Below, one piece after another: positions 35,487-37,390 of a DNA stretch of 37,390 bases. Source of the stretch: a virus (taxonomy: Duplodnaviria; Caudoviricetes); the IMG/VR virus record IMGVR_UViG_3300034062_000306, positions 1 to 37,390 of that record; one strand, written 5' to 3'. Positions within the stretch are counted from its first letter, which is position 1. Each line of letters begins with the position of its first letter. Position numbers and translations under genes: made by a program. The notes under the pieces are model-generated. The model searched no databases, had not been told where the DNA came from, and saw only the letters and a list, made by a program, of their open reading frames with translations.

Positions 35487-37049
35487 TTATTTTTTAATTT
35501 CCATGTTGAACATCTCAGTCAAAAGTGAGTGACTGCTTACATTACTTTGCAAGGCTTTGAACATCTTCTTCTCGATGGGGCTACCCTCGATGTGAATGAC
35601 CGTCACCTTGTCAGAGTTCTGACCCTTCCTGTCAGCGCGTGCAATGCACTGCACGTACTGCTCAACAGACATCAACGGTCCGTAGAACACCACAGTGTCC
35701 GCAGCAGTTAGGGTAATCCCGTGTGCCGATGCCTGCGGTTGCATCACAAGGACTCGCGGGTTGGCTTCGGTTTGAAAGCGCTTGATGATGTCAGCACGCT
35801 TGGGCGCTGTAACGCCGCCGTGTATGCACTCCGCGCTGATGCCCTTCTTGAGCAGGTGCGTGTGCAGCGCGTCAATGCTGGAGCGGAACAGCGCGAAGAT
35901 CAGAACCTTGCGGTCAGTCTCCTCAAGGATTTCTTCAATGACGCTAAGCCTTGGGCTGGCATCAAACTCTACTACCTCGTGGTCGTCCGTGTAGGCCGCA
36001 CCACAACTGATCTGGAGCAGCTTGGACACGCTAGCTGCGGCATTGACCGCGCTGATTGTTTCCCCCGCCGCATGGATCATCATGCTGTCCTTGAGCAAGT
36101 TGTAGTACTTGGCCTGCTGCGGTGTGAGCGCCACTTCACGCGTCACGGTAACGACCGGTGGCAAGTCCAGACACTGCGCCTTGGTGAACCTGATGGCCGG
36201 TTGCAGCGCCTCATGCACGAGGTTCTTTGCGTCAGGCTTCGGTGCCCACTTGAACATGGTGATCTTGTTCATCACTTTGTCGCGCCATGCTGTGAAGAAC
36301 TTCGGAACACCCTCCGGGTTCACCAGCTTGGCCAAGCCATACGCATCGACCGGAGACTGAGACGCAGGAGTTCCCGTCATCATCCACAAAAAAGTCTGGG
36401 GCTTGATGATTGTTGATAGGGACTTCCAGCGCTTGGTGCTCATGGTCTTGTACGCATTGGCCTCATCAACGATGACCAGATCAAACTTGCCGTTGGCCAC
36501 GATCTCACTGGCGATCAGGTTCAAGCCCTCGTAGTTGGTGATGACGATCTCGTAGTTCTTCTGGATCATCTCGATGCGGCGCGATGCTTGCGGGTGGTGG
36601 GCAATGATGGCCGAGCGGTGGATGACGCTGTTGCTGATGTCTCCCATCCAAGCGGACTGCATGATCGACAACGGGCACAGGATAAGCACGCGCCTGATCT
36701 CCCCACGCTGCATCAGATAGTCAGCCGCCCACAGCGCACTGAGCGTCTTGCCTGTGCCGGGTTCACTGAACACGAACGCCTTGCGGTTAAGCGTCAGGAA
36801 CGATGCCGTCTCGATCTGGTGCTCCATCGGCGTGTAGCGCCCGGGCCAGTCGTAGTTGCGTGTGATTGGCGATGGCAAGTTCTTGACGCCGAGGTTCTTG
36901 AGAACTCTGACTTCATCCAACCCCCAGAAAACTGCTACCGAACTTGATCCGTCATCGTGCTCTTCAACTACCTTGCTTCTCGGAATTACCCGATACTTCT
37001 CAGGGCTGCGCGTACGCAAGAGCAGCGCCTTGTTCTCGATGATTTCCAT
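35487..37049 (-). CDS. SNF2-like superfamily 2 helicase
   Basis: HQ, PGTGKT, VDEAN, MTGTP, HGITLTAA and QCIARADRKGQ motifs. Confidence 0.92.
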   Translation of the reverse strand: MEIIENKALLLRTRSPEKYRVIPRSKVVEEHDDGSSSVAVFWGLDEVRVLKNLGVKNLPSPITRNYDWPGRYTPMEHQIETASFLTLNRKAFVFSEPGTGKTLSALWAADYLMQRGEIRRVLILCPLSIMQSAWMGDISNSVIHRSAIIAHHPQASRRIEMIQKNYEIVITNYEGLNLIASEIVANGKFDLVIVDEANAYKTMSTKRWKSLSTIIKPQTFLWMMTGTPASQSPVDAYGLAKLVNPEGVPKFFTAWRDKVMNKITMFKWAPKPDAKNLVHEALQPAIRFTKAQCLDLPPVVTVTREVALTPQQAKYYNLLKDSMMIHAAGETISAVNAAASVSKLLQISCGAAYTDDHEVVEFDASPRLSVIEEILEETDRKVLIFALFRSSIDALHTHLLKKGISAECIHGGVTAPKRADIIKRFQTEANPRVLVMQPQASAHGITLTAADTVVFYGPLMSVEQYVQCIARADRKGQNSDKVTVIHIEGSPIEKKMFKALQSNVSSHSLLTEMFNMEIKK

Positions 37050-37064
37050 TGCTTCTCCATGTTC

Positions 37065-37298
37065 TTATTTGTTGTCGCCTTGATTGGCGCTCTTGCTGCG
37101 TAGTCGCGTGTTGCCCGGTATGGTCTTGCCACCTTTGCGCAGGGGCTTGATGTGGTCGATGTCCTTGCCTGCGCGGTCTACGCCCTTCTTGTCGTACGCC
37201 CGCCGTGCCTTCTGGCGTTCGTGTTGGTCTGAACTAGGGCCGGACTTGCCGGTTTCTAAATCGCGCTTGTACTCTTTCTTGTAGTCTCTGGTTGCCAT
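37065..37298 (-). CDS. Small HNH endonuclease-like protein
   Basis: GAGGT RBS. DIDHIKPLRKGG...GN.RL...AN motif. Confidence 0.75.
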   Translation of the reverse strand: MATRDYKKEYKRDLETGKSGPSSDQHERQKARRAYDKKGVDRAGKDIDHIKPLRKGGKTIPGNTRLRSKSANQGDNK

Positions 37299-37301
37299 GA
37301 T

Positions 37302-37390
37302 TTACCTCTTAGTGTTGAACTCGCAGCCAGCGCAGGGGCACCAGCCGCAGAGCGGGGTTCGTGTGGGGTTCCACACATTGTTTGCTACTG
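37302..37390 (-). CDS. C-terminus of a PD-(D/E)xK / Cas4-like exonuclease (partial, runs off the window)
   Basis: ...VWNPTRTPLCGWCPCAGCEFNTKR*. The terminal CxxC...C cluster is typical of these nucleases. Confidence 0.6.
   Translation of the reverse strand, partial: VANNVWNPTRTPLCGWCPCAGCEFNTKR

Noticed and set aside
30197-36947. Numerous + strand ORFs opposite the primase, SSB-like and helicase genes
   Set aside because: They fully overlap well-supported - strand genes and are typical high-GC antisense shadows.
37065-37298. HNH gene as a mobile homing endonuclease or intron
   Set aside because: Only 77 aa with no separate DNA-binding domain, and no interrupted host gene is apparent.

Overview
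The window is a contiguous piece of a tailed dsDNA phage genome with podovirus-like organisation; the capsid, portal and terminase genes are not in the window. The + strand (1-29692) carries the late genes: head accessory proteins, a cluster of small Lys-rich proteins, two adaptor-like genes, a multi-gene tail-fibre block with AT-rich tips, a lysis block (two holin-like genes and an M15 endolysin), a nozzle/gp10-like tail protein, three ejection-type proteins and a 2618-aa polyvalent protein. The - strand (29689-37390) carries a convergent replication block: primase-helicase, HTH protein, SSB-like protein, SNF2 helicase, small HNH and the end of a Cas4-like nuclease. Family assignments are from motif recognition only; no searches were run. 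The most notable unexplained signals are: (1) a short [MFLY]-x-x-G-G motif and a C-terminal G-x-A-x-K-G-x-T motif shared by otherwise unrelated, presumably capsid-internal proteins, including one variable cargo-like gene; (2) two intergenic elements with identical 14-nt ends, predicted loop-E stems and unrelated interiors that bracket a two-gene cassette; (3) a tail-fibre swap scar left as a 19-codon minigene. Several plausible ORFs under 60 aa that the ORF track missed were added.
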